Below, in pieces: positions 8,868 through 16,481 of a DNA stretch of 32,000 nucleotides. Position 1 is the first letter of the stretch; each line of letters begins with the position of its first letter. This DNA comes from Psychrobacter sp. DM4 (GTDB lineage Bacteria > Pseudomonadota > Gammaproteobacteria > Pseudomonadales > Moraxellaceae). The notes beneath the pieces were generated by a model that was not told where the DNA came from, ran no database searches, and saw only the letters and a list, made by a program, of their open reading frames with translations. The stretch lies in the NCBI RefSeq assembly GCF_051307035.1, contig NZ_CP195536.1:1260001-1292000 (forward strand), written 5' to 3'. A program made the position numbers and the translations under genes.

Positions 8868-9083
8868 GTATTCAAAAGTTTCGGAGCCATCAACTCCGAA
8901 TGTCGCTTGATAAGCGGCTAAAGGGCGATCCCTTATTTAAAGCAGTAGCTAGAAATTTGGGCTGGTTGTGCCAGCAGAAGTCGTCCGAAAGGGTAAGCTT
9001 ATACTAGTCAAAGCAAACCCAACCGCGTGGCAGCGCGGTGTATAAATACGAATCTACAATGACTCAACCGGTTGAGTCGTTTG
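8868..9083 (+). ncRNA. Candidate structured small RNA (unknown family)
   Basis: TATAAT boxes lie at 8829-8834 and 8856-8861. They are followed by six short perfect hairpins: 8881-8899, 8902-8918, 8921-8934, 8961-8975, 9022-9039, and the 18-bp palindrome GACTCAACCGGTTGAGTC (9061-9078) followed by GTTTG. No ORF of 60 codons or more exists on either strand. Strand and ends are guesses. Confidence 0.25.
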
Positions 9084-9202
9084 AATGGATTAAACCCATA
9101 AAAATTTCAACCAATATAGAGATAAAGGTAAATGTAGCAGCAGTGATTACTGCCATTAGTGGACTTGTTTTTACAGTTGCTATGATTTATTTCAATCTTT
9201 AA
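9059..9202 (+). CDS. Micro-ORF, 47 aa, with a C-terminal transmembrane-like segment (hypothetical)
   Basis: My own translation is MTQPVESFEWIKPIKISTNIEIKVNVAAVITAISGLVFTVAMIYFNL. It is below the 60-aa cutoff of the track. There is no convincing SD, and the start codon sits in the 9061-9078 palindrome. Confidence 0.2.
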   Translation: MTQPVESFEWIKPIKISTNIEIKVNVAAVITAISGLVFTVAMIYFNL

Positions 9203-9430
9203 AAAGTCCTATAATGCCAGCGGCAGTTGGCGTTGTAGGCATAAAATATAATGGTTAAAGCTTTGACTTATAAGATTCTTAGGTCAGCGGTTAGCGGTGA
9301 AGGTTCAAATCCTTCCATTCTTGTTTTGTTCTCAGTTATCTTTTTTATGTTGGTGATTTTGTCGTACTTGAAAAATCGTATGTTGATGACATTAGATTCA
9401 GACTTTAATTCTGAAAAGGAGGATAACAAT

Positions 9431-9532
9431 ATGGGAAAAGTAGCGATGTTAAAATGTTTAGCAGCTTCAGTAATTGATGTAATTCAGGCACTGGGAACAA
9501 GTCTTGTGGTCTTTGGTGGGCCGCTTACCTAA
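9431..9532 (+). CDS. Micro-ORF, 33 aa hydrophobic peptide with a canonical SD (hypothetical)
   Basis: AAGGAGG (9416-9422) lies 8 nt before ATG 9431. The peptide is MGKVAMLKCLAASVIDVIQALGTSLVVFGGPLT. It is in frame with the 93-aa track ORF 9251-9532, whose upstream ATGs (9251, 9347, 9381) lack any SD. Confidence 0.4.
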   Translation: MGKVAMLKCLAASVIDVIQALGTSLVVFGGPLT

Positions 9533-9618
9533 GAGTCTTTTTGTGTAAAGTTGATGAGAGCTTATTTTTAGTATTTGATGATTCTATAACAGTGACATTT
9601 GTTCGTTAATTAAATATA

Positions 9619-9666
9619 TTAGCCAACTAGATTGTGTAACGGTGCTTAAACACTTGAGTTGGCTAA
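9619..9666. other. Long inverted repeat / stem-loop upstream of the GMC oxidoreductase gene
   Basis: TTAGCCAACT (9619-9628) pairs perfectly with AGTTGGCTAA (9657-9666). An inner GTGT (9634-9637) pairs with ACAC (9650-9653). No T run follows. Confidence 0.5.
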
Positions 9667-9820
9667 GCTTTATCTAGTCAGTTTGACAAATTCCCTCCCA
9701 TCCTACCTTTTTTGTTAAATTTTCCTACTTATAATCTACCGATAATAAATTCTGCTATAGTTAAGCGACAGTATGGTGTTGTTTGACACCTGCTACTCAT
9801 AAGCAAGGAGCGCTTAACTC

Positions 9821-11497
9821 ATGGAATTTGACTACATAATTATCGGTGGCGGCTCAGCAGGCTGCGTTATGGCAAGCCGTTTATCAGAAGACCCTAATAT
9901 CACTGTTTGTCTGCTCGAGTTCGGCGGCGACGGCAAAGACTTGGCAGTACGCGTGCCAGCTGGCGTCATCGTTATGATGCGTGACAAACCGACCAAAATC
10001 AACAATTGGTGCTTCGATACGGTACCGCAAACTCATCTGAACAATCGTACTGGCTATCAGCCGCGCGGACAATGTTTGGGCGGCTCCTCTGCTATCAACG
10101 CTATGGTCTATACGCGTGGTAGTGCAAAGGACTACGATCGTTGGGAGGAGGATGGCTGCGCAGGGTGGGGCTACGATGATATGCTGCCATACTTTAAAAA
10201 AGCTGAGAACAATGTACATGGCGGTAGTGAGCATCACGGCGATAGTGGCCCGCTCCATGTGTCGGAGTTAGTCAGTCCTCGTCCAATCTCAAGCGCCTTT
10301 GTTGATGCTTGCGTTGCCAATGGTCTTGATGCTAACAATGACTTCAATGGCAGCAAACAAGACGGCGCAGGTCTCTATCAAGTCACCCATTTTCATGGTG
10401 AAAAACAAGGTCAGCGCTGCTCAGCGGCCGCCGCGTACATCCATCCCTTTGAAAATCGTGAGAATTTGACGATTATGACAGGCGCTCGCGTGACTCGTAT
10501 TCTGACTGAGAACCAGCGTGCGGTAGGTGTCGCTTATAATAAGCATGGCGAAGAGTATACTATCAAAGCCAAGTCAGAGGTTATCTTATCAGCGGGTGCA
10601 TTTGGTTCACCGCAGATACTCATGCTATCGGGTATTGGTCCAAAAGAGCATTTACAAGAGCTGGGTATCGAGGTCGTTCATGATTCGCCAAACGTTGGGG
10701 AGAACCTACAAGACCACTTGGATGTTGTCTTCGATTATAAGGTAAATACCAAAGATGTCATCGGTATCGGCTTTGGCACGGTGCCCAAAATGATGTCTGC
10801 AATCAGTGAGTGGAAGAAGACGGGTACGGGTCTACTGACAACTAATTATGCCGAAGCAGGGGCGTTCTTTAATGCAACAGAGGCAACACCAGCTGATTGG
10901 CCAGATACTCAATTGCATTTTGTGATCTCACGCGTGATCAATCATGGGCGTGAAGTGAAATGGGGTTATGGCGTTTCTGTGCATAGCTGTTATTTGCGTC
11001 CCGAGAGTCGCGGTACGGTTAGATTAGCATCCACTGATGCTAGCGTCGCGCCGCTTATCGACCCCAACTACTTATCACATGAAAAAGACGTTGAGTTCAT
11101 GATGGCAGGTGCTAAGCGTACGCGCGAGATCATGCAAGAGACGCCACTTGCTAAGTTCATTACTGAGGACTACGCTGCGCCCTATCTAGAAAAAGATGGA
11201 CTACTCGGCTATATCCAAAATAGATCAGATACTATCTATCATCCTGTAGGCACTTGTCGTATGGGCGCGGATGAGGCTTCAGTTGTCGATACTGACCTCA
11301 AGGTTAGAGGAATAGAAGGTCTACGTGTGATTGATGCCTCCATCATGCCAACCCTTATCAGTGCTAATACTAATGCACCAACTATCGCCATCGCTGAAAA
11401 GATAGCGGATCAAATGAAGTCTGAGCGCATCACTAGTGGAACCATACCGACAGAGATAAACAATTATGCCAAAGCCGAGCACGTAGCAGCGGTATAA
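9821..11497 (+). CDS. GMC family FAD-dependent oxidoreductase (choline/alcohol dehydrogenase-like)
   Basis: 558-aa [25 protein letters not shown] is the FAD ADP-binding motif. [31 protein letters not shown] and [10 protein letters not shown]...VVD..L.V.G...[10 protein letters not shown] are GMC signatures. AAGGAG lies upstream of the ATG. No betB/betI partners are visible. Confidence 0.88.
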   Translation: MEFDYIIIGGGSAGCVMASRLSEDPNITVCLLEFGGDGKDLAVRVPAGVIVMMRDKPTKINNWCFDTVPQTHLNNRTGYQPRGQCLGGSSAINAMVYTRGSAKDYDRWEEDGCAGWGYDDMLPYFKKAENNVHGGSEHHGDSGPLHVSELVSPRPISSAFVDACVANGLDANNDFNGSKQDGAGLYQVTHFHGEKQGQRCSAAAAYIHPFENRENLTIMTGARVTRILTENQRAVGVAYNKHGEEYTIKAKSEVILSAGAFGSPQILMLSGIGPKEHLQELGIEVVHDSPNVGENLQDHLDVVFDYKVNTKDVIGIGFGTVPKMMSAISEWKKTGTGLLTTNYAEAGAFFNATEATPADWPDTQLHFVISRVINHGREVKWGYGVSVHSCYLRPESRGTVRLASTDASVAPLIDPNYLSHEKDVEFMMAGAKRTREIMQETPLAKFITEDYAAPYLEKDGLLGYIQNRSDTIYHPVGTCRMGADEASVVDTDLKVRGIEGLRVIDASIMPTLISANTNAPTIAIAEKIADQMKSERITSGTIPTEINNYAKAEHVAAV

Positions 11498-11535
11498 ATG
11501 TTTGGTCACATTTGAAGTAGCAAAGTAATCATCAG

Positions 11536-11568
11536 CCTTTTAGTATTTTATATACTAAAAGGTTTTTT
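11536..11568 (+). terminator. Rho-independent terminator
   Basis: CCTTTTAGTAT pairs with ATACTAAAAGG across a 5-nt loop, followed by T6. Confidence 0.85.
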
Positions 11569-11630
11569 GCATTTGTATAGCCTAACTCTTTGTATGTCAT
11601 AATATCTGCGATAAATAGTATTGGAACTAA

Positions 11631-11718
11631 GGAGCTTATCCCGCCATCCGTTATAATCTACTCGCCTAGCCATCGCAATCCGCCCAAGCGAGCAGGATAA
11701 CCGCTACAGTCGGGGCTA
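11631..11718 (+). repeat. GC-rich structured intergenic repeat, short copy (B)
   Basis: GGAGCTTATCCCGCCATCCGTTATAATCTAC ... GCAGGATAACCGCTACAGTCGGGGCTA. It has the same termini and orientation as 8634-8788 but a shorter, different interior (stem CTCGC/GCGAG). It also sits shortly after a terminator. Confidence 0.8.
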
Positions 11719-11870
11719 AAGAGCCGTGCTATAGTAGGGTTAGTCTTTTTATACTACTAAGAGAACGCTATGCCACTGGAGATAACATAGTCGATGCCTT
11801 TACAGACCAGCTATTCAAGGGTAATTCAGCTGCTGTCATTATTACTGAACATTGGCTAACAGATGAGCTA

Positions 11871-12584
11871 ATGCAGTCCATTGCTAGCGAGAATAACTTG
11901 TCTGAAACCGCATTTTTGGTGCTTGATAGTGCAGCTGATACTTATGAGATTCGCTGGTTTTCACCGCTCACTGAGATTGCATTTTGTGGTCATGCGACTT
12001 TGGCATCAGCTTTTGTACTGTTTAAAAACCATCCTGATTTAAAAACCATTCACTTTTCAGCAAAAGCTATCGGTATCATGACCGTAGTACAGACAGACGC
12101 GGGCAAAATACAGATGGATTTTCCTAATACGAAGCCTGCTTTGTATGACGATATTCCTGAGAATTTGCTGGCAGGATTATCTATTGCGCCTGCTGAGGTC
12201 TATCAAAATTCCCAAGCTTATTTTGTGATTTATAACGCTGAGTCCGATGTCCTAAACGTCACTCGTGATAATGATAAATTAAAGCAGCTAGCGCCTTTGG
12301 ATGTCGTCGTTACTTGCCAGTCTCAATCAGATGCTTATAGTCATTATGACTTTATATCTAGATATTTTTGGCCAGCCAATGGCGGTGATGAAGACCCAGT
12401 GACAGGTTCAATCCATACGGGACTGGCACCTTTATGGGCTGATCTTTTAGGTAAGAATGAACTGGTGGCTTATCAAGCATCAAAGCGTGGCGGGGTAGTA
12501 TATTGTGAGGTTGCAAGCGATAGAGTTTTGATTTCTGGCAACGCCGTTCAGTACTTAACGGGATTTATTACGCTTGAGGAGTAA
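11871..12584 (+). CDS. PhzF-family isomerase-like protein; the conserved N-terminus lies upstream in frame without a start codon (possible frameshifted pseudogene)
   Basis: The ORF from ATG 11871 contains MQSIASENNLSETAF, RWFSP..EI.FCGHATL and DPVTGS. The same frame is open back to 11670 and encodes IVDAFTDQLFKGNSAAVIIT (the PhzF N-terminal motif) at 11787-11846. No ATG, GTG or TTG occurs in that frame upstream of 11871. Confidence 0.7.
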   Translation: MQSIASENNLSETAFLVLDSAADTYEIRWFSPLTEIAFCGHATLASAFVLFKNHPDLKTIHFSAKAIGIMTVVQTDAGKIQMDFPNTKPALYDDIPENLLAGLSIAPAEVYQNSQAYFVIYNAESDVLNVTRDNDKLKQLAPLDVVVTCQSQSDAYSHYDFISRYFWPANGGDEDPVTGSIHTGLAPLWADLLGKNELVAYQASKRGGVVYCEVASDRVLISGNAVQYLTGFITLEE

Positions 12585-12590
12585 TCGGAT

Positions 12591-12923
12591 TTGACTGAAT
12601 TAAAGACGCTTGGTCTTTTTGTGCTTACCGCATTGGCGGAGATTATCGGCTGCTACCTGCCTTATCTTTGGCTGCGAGAAGGTAAGAGCATTTGGCTTTT
12701 GATCCCAGGTGTACTGAGTTTGGCCGCCTTCGTTTGGCTACTGACTTTACATCCGACTGCGGTAGGCAGAGTTTATGCAGCCTACGGCGGGGTATATGTC
12801 GTTATGGCGATTTTGTGGTTGTGGACCGTAAACGGTATTAAACCTACTACATGGGATGTATTAGGGTCTGCGGTCGCGCTTTTGGGAATGGCGATTATTA
12901 TGTTCGCACCGCGTAGTACTTGA
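12591..12923 (+). CDS. ynfA: YnfA family (UPF0060) small inner-membrane protein
   Basis: 110-aa ORF with a TTG start. [31 protein letters not shown] and four hydrophobic segments match YnfA as remembered. Confidence 0.8.
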   Translation: MTELKTLGLFVLTALAEIIGCYLPYLWLREGKSIWLLIPGVLSLAAFVWLLTLHPTAVGRVYAAYGGVYVVMAILWLWTVNGIKPTTWDVLGSAVALLGMAIIMFAPRST

Positions 12924-13055
12924 AGCGGCTATTTTTGACACCCCTATGTTCAATACCTTTTCCTTTTAGGTCCCTCTATTCTCAGACCTTATATTTTGTT
13001 GCTAGCTGATTAAAGCCTCTCATTAGAGCACTTAGTTGGCTTTGATCAATAAGTT

Positions 13056-13175
13056 TTAATGTTTGCCCAATATGGAGCCATCATCTTTCTTTGCTTGTTT
13101 GGCCGCTTTTTTCTCTTTTGCGGTCAATAGTGGTTTTTTCTTTACATTCTTTTTGCTGTCTTGACCTTTACTCAT
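13056..13175 (-). CDS. Micro-ORF, 39 aa, lysine-rich basic protein (hypothetical)
   Basis: My own translation is MSKGQDSKKNVKKKPLLTAKEKKAAKQAKKDDGSILGKH. GAAGGGA lies ~8 nt upstream of the ATG (13175-13173). It sits in an otherwise empty 550-bp gap. Confidence 0.45.
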   Translation of the reverse strand: MSKGQDSKKNVKKKPLLTAKEKKAAKQAKKDDGSILGKH

Positions 13176-13480
13176 GACACATTTCCCTTCTTTATGAATT
13201 TTAGTGTTTAAAACAGATTTTACGACCTAATGCTTTGCACAATTCAGTATAGGCTTAAGCGTTAATAATAGATAGCTATACTCAGTAGAGCAGTGATTTG
13301 GTAGTGTTGCATATTGTTGTGATGCCAACATATAAGATCATCGTTAATAAGCGCTTACTTACGGATGCTTAGCAATTTGCTATAATAACGAGATCGCCAT
13401 TACCACTTATGGCACTTTCTATTCGTCATCATCATTGTCAGTATTTGACAAGATAACGTTTCTCATTTTGGTTGATTGTT

Positions 13481-14095
13481 ATGCGTATACGTAAACTCTT
13501 TAAATTTGAAAATGCTCATATTGTGCGCAACTGTAGTTCTGAGCGCTGCAAGCACTCCATTCATGGGCACAGTTATCAGATTGAGCTGATATTAGAGGCC
13601 ACACGCCTCGATCATGGACAAATGGTTTATGACTTTGGACTACTCAAGTCTTCTATCAAAGATATTATCGATAGTTTTGATCATGCCATTTGTTTTTGGA
13701 GTAAAGACGACCCTGAGTATATCGAGGCTTGCAAGAAGTTCAGTGCACGCTGGATTAGCTTGCCCGTGTCACCCTCAGCAGAGCAATTCTCACGAGTGAT
13801 ATTCTTTTGGGCGCAAACGATTTTGCAGCAAACGCAAATGCAAAATGGCGAGGCTGACGTGAGCATCTATTCAGTGATTGCACATGAGACAGCAACAGGT
13901 TATGCACAGTGCTTTGCCGATGATGTCGCAAACGCACAGATGGGTGAGCTACAGTTAGAAGATTTTGAATTTAGTGAGCAAGTTTCCTCTGAATGGCATG
14001 ACCCTAAGTTATATGCCAAGCTGATTAAAGGCGAGCGCTTTATTAACCCTTCAGTCACCATGCAGGTCGATACAAATGACGCAGGTAGCCGTTGA
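13481..14095 (+). CDS. 6-pyruvoyl-tetrahydropterin synthase / QueD-like family protein (long form)
   Basis: MRIRKLFKFENAHIV...CKHSIHGHSYQIELIL carries the Cys and His-x-His zinc/catalytic pattern of the PTPS/QueD family. ATG 13481 is preferred over TTG 13472. The stop overlaps the tsaE start (TGATG). Confidence 0.75.
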   Translation: MRIRKLFKFENAHIVRNCSSERCKHSIHGHSYQIELILEATRLDHGQMVYDFGLLKSSIKDIIDSFDHAICFWSKDDPEYIEACKKFSARWISLPVSPSAEQFSRVIFFWAQTILQQTQMQNGEADVSIYSVIAHETATGYAQCFADDVANAQMGELQLEDFEFSEQVSSEWHDPKLYAKLIKGERFINPSVTMQVDTNDAGSR

Positions 14096-14601
14096 TGTCT
14101 GATATGCACTCAGTATCCATTACTCTAGATTCTGAAGACGACACTCAGCTCTTGGCTGAACGTTTAGCGGCGCTACCGTTGACTGGCAGTGTTTGGTTGT
14201 CAGGTGATTTGGGCGCAGGTAAAACGACGTTGACTCGCTATTGGCTACAGGCACTTGGTCATACTGGCTCTGTTAAAAGTCCCACTTATACCTTAGTTGA
14301 GCCTTATGAGATTAAACAAAACGACGGCAGTCTAAAACCTGTGTATCATGCTGATCTATATCGTCTGCAAGACCCAGAAGAGTTATCTTTCATTGGTTTT
14401 GATGAGTATCTCGATGAGCCAAACGCTTTGGTAATAATTGAATGGGCCAGTCGCGCTGATAGCTACCTGCCGCCGCCAGTATTGTTTATAGATTTGACTC
14501 AAAGTGATGCTAATAAAGACAGTCGACAAGCTGAGCTGCGTTTATCTAAAACAGGGCAGGCGCAAGGTTTAGAGTTATCCTCTTTTATCCTCAACCTTTA
14601 A
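14095..14601 (+). CDS. tsaE: tRNA t6A37 biosynthesis ATPase TsaE (YjeE)
   Basis: GDLGAGKTTLTRYWLQALG (Walker A), SPTYTLVEPY and HADLYRL. It sits upstream of mutL, as in many Gammaproteobacteria. TTG 14092 is an alternative start. Confidence 0.88.
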   Translation: MSDMHSVSITLDSEDDTQLLAERLAALPLTGSVWLSGDLGAGKTTLTRYWLQALGHTGSVKSPTYTLVEPYEIKQNDGSLKPVYHADLYRLQDPEELSFIGFDEYLDEPNALVIIEWASRADSYLPPPVLFIDLTQSDANKDSRQAELRLSKTGQAQGLELSSFILNL

Positions 14602-14689
14602 CCCCTTATCTGAGCAGTTTTTCACAATTTTTAATCCAACTTTTACCCTATTTTTATCTCTTTTGAAATGAAAATCAAAAGCTTTTACT

Positions 14690-16438
14690 ATGTCAGATAA
14701 TCATTTGAGCACGCGTATCAAAAAACTATCACCACTACTGATTAATCAATTAGCAGCGGGTGAGGTTGTGACGCGTCCTGCGGCCGTAGTTAAAGAGCTA
14801 CTCGAAAATGCTGTAGATGCTGGGGCGACGCATATCGAGGTGTGTATCACCCAAGGCGGTATGGGCCTCATAGAGGTGATAGACAATGGGAGCGGCATTC
14901 ATCCTGATGACATGATTATGGCGGTCACGCGTCATGCGACAAGCAAGGTCGCTGATATTGCCAATTTGCATGGTATTAGTACGCTTGGGTTTCGCGGTGA
15001 GGCGCTGGCGGCAACTGCTGCGGTGTCACGATTAACACTGAGCAGCAGTCATGATAACAGTGGTATCGGTCGGCAATTGCAAATGGCAGGGGTACTGGCA
15101 GATACATCCAAACTCATGCCAGTAGTACACCAGCGCGGTACGACGATTAAAGTCAGAGATCTGTATTTTAATGTACCTGCGCGCCGTGGCAATATAAAAT
15201 CACTGGCAACCGAGTTTATGCATATTGAGACCGTTGTACGTGAGGTGGCTATCGCCCGCGCTGATGTGACGCTGACGCTTTATCACGATCAAAAAAAGCG
15301 CTTACAGCTATGTGCTAGTGCTGAAAATAATATTGGCAGTAACTTTTTACCATTGTCACGGTTGGAGCAGGCGTTAGGTATGTCGCTCAAGGATCAAGCG
15401 CTTGAAGTACTGGTAGATCTTTCTAATTTAGTATCTCAAGCGGGCGTAGCACCTGAGGAAATGACTGATGATAAGAGCATCAATCAGGCCAAAATCAGTG
15501 GCTGGATTTGGCCCAATCAAGACAAGATGGCAGGTCTGCCTAAGCTTCTATACGTTAATGGACGCTTGATTAAAGACACACTGATAAGTAACCATTTAAG
15601 ACAAATAGGGTCAAGCGTAGGATGCGATAGTATTCACTATGCTCTATATTTTGAGCTGCCTTATGAGTGGCTGAATCTCAACGTGCATCCGACCAAGCAG
15701 CGTATCAAGATTAGTCCTTTGAATAATATACTTGCGCATCTAGGTCATGTGGTTCGGACAGTATTAAGCCGATTAGCACCTAGTGCTTCATCAGCTCATC
15801 ATCCCATAACAGCCAATCAATCAACGACAAGTGAAGTGGTAAATATCAAACCGTTTTCGCAAGCGTCTCATTCAGTACAAGCACCTACAAATCCATATAG
15901 CGTCTCATCTACTGTAGAGAACAAAAACACTGCTAAGGATCATGAGTATTCATTAGCAAAATCAGATTTAAATAATGAAGCTGGCAATACACTATTAAGT
16001 TTTCATAATCAAAGTATTGATTCGATCGTACATTCAAATAAACATATAAAGTTGCCTTTATGTCTAGAAGTGATTCATAGCGTAGAGGATAACTGGCAGC
16101 TTGATGACAATGACAATGACAATGACAATAGTGATGACAAGACGCTGCCTTGGTTACTCTTTTTTAGTCAAAATCAATGGCTACTCATTAGCGAGCAAGA
16201 GTGGTACTCACGTATCAATAGCCTCTTTGATTCAAACTGGTTTAAACGCTCAGATTCTGTCAGTACAGCAGACAGCATCAATCAACATTTAAATCATGTA
16301 GCAGAGCAAATGTCAGCGTCAGATTTGCGCGCCTTTACAGTAGATGTTGCTCACATACTCGAGTCTTATGCTATCAAAGCCGTCAGCACCTCGCAGTTAC
16401 TTACGCTGTTGTTAGCAGCTCCTATAGCTTCCCCTTAA
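14690..16438 (+). CDS. mutL: DNA mismatch repair protein MutL (short, divergent C-terminal region)
   Basis: IKKLSPLLINQLAAGEVVTRPAAVVKELLENAVDAGAT, DNGSGI, LGFRGEAL and NVHPTK form the GHKL ATPase N-terminal domain. A long low-complexity linker follows. Confidence 0.92.
   Translation: MSDNHLSTRIKKLSPLLINQLAAGEVVTRPAAVVKELLENAVDAGATHIEVCITQGGMGLIEVIDNGSGIHPDDMIMAVTRHATSKVADIANLHGISTLGFRGEALAATAAVSRLTLSSSHDNSGIGRQLQMAGVLADTSKLMPVVHQRGTTIKVRDLYFNVPARRGNIKSLATEFMHIETVVREVAIARADVTLTLYHDQKKRLQLCASAENNIGSNFLPLSRLEQALGMSLKDQALEVLVDLSNLVSQAGVAPEEMTDDKSINQAKISGWIWPNQDKMAGLPKLLYVNGRLIKDTLISNHLRQIGSSVGCDSIHYALYFELPYEWLNLNVHPTKQRIKISPLNNILAHLGHVVRTVLSRLAPSASSAHHPITANQSTTSEVVNIKPFSQASHSVQAPTNPYSVSSTVENKNTAKDHEYSLAKSDLNNEAGNTLLSFHNQSIDSIVHSNKHIKLPLCLEVIHSVEDNWQLDDNDNDNDNSDDKTLPWLLFFSQNQWLLISEQEWYSRINSLFDSNWFKRSDSVSTADSINQHLNHVAEQMSASDLRAFTVDVAHILESYAIKAVSTSQLLTLLLAAPIASP
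16106..16129 (+). repeat. Perfect hexanucleotide tandem repeat (GACAAT)x4 inside mutL
   Basis: gacaatgacaatgacaatgacaat encodes DNDNDNDN. Related gatgacaa units flank it. Confidence 0.95.
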
Positions 16439-16481
16439 TAATAGACGCTTAACAGTCGTTTATTTATATAAAAGGTCATTT

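Noticed and set aside
8900-9007. A 35-codon ORF (MSLDKRLKGDPLFKAVARNLGWLCQQKSSERVSLY) inside the hairpin-dense region.
   Set aside because: The only SD-like element is GGAG, 13 nt upstream and inside a stem. The ORF is threaded through three hairpins. It is not called as a CDS but is noted as an alternative to the ncRNA interpretation.
9281-9323. A tRNA-like T-arm (GAAGG TTCAAAT CCTTC, resembling GGTTCAAATCC of class II tRNAs), which suggested a tRNA gene or a tRNA 3' fragment marking an integration site.
   Set aside because: No upstream 7-mer can pair with the would-be acceptor strand CATTCTT, and I could not build D or anticodon arms. The candidate loop CTTATAA has non-complementary flanks. 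No integrase is nearby. A plain hairpin followed by a T-rich tract (a weak terminator) is more likely. A decayed tRNA fragment cannot be excluded without tRNAscan or Infernal.
8868-9330. Whether the region encodes tmRNA, 6S, SRP or RNase P RNA.
   Set aside because: None of the conserved strings I can recall are present: the tmRNA GGGG...tag-peptide region and its CCA-proximal acceptor, the SRP GGAA/AGCA domain IV, or the RNase P GAGGAAAGUCC.
9884-10258. A 124-aa minus-strand ORF and other small ORFs inside the GMC oxidoreductase gene. Many similar ORFs lie antisense within dnaE (28392-30915).
   Set aside because: These are antisense shadows of long, confidently identified genes, with no independent signals.
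8634-11718. Whether the two GC-rich repeats are integron attC sites, CRISPR repeats or IS/MITE terminal inverted repeats.
   Set aside because: There are no RYYYAAC/GTTRRRY core sites and no intI. There are only two copies, of unequal length, with a 2.8-kb gene-bearing spacer and no cas genes. No transposase or target-site duplication is visible. They are kept as an unclassified structured repeat.
16106-16129. The (GACAAT)x4 repeat in mutL as a frameshift-type phase-variation switch.
   Set aside because: The unit length is 6 bp, so slippage stays in frame. It can only change the length of an acidic loop, so an on/off switching claim is not supported.
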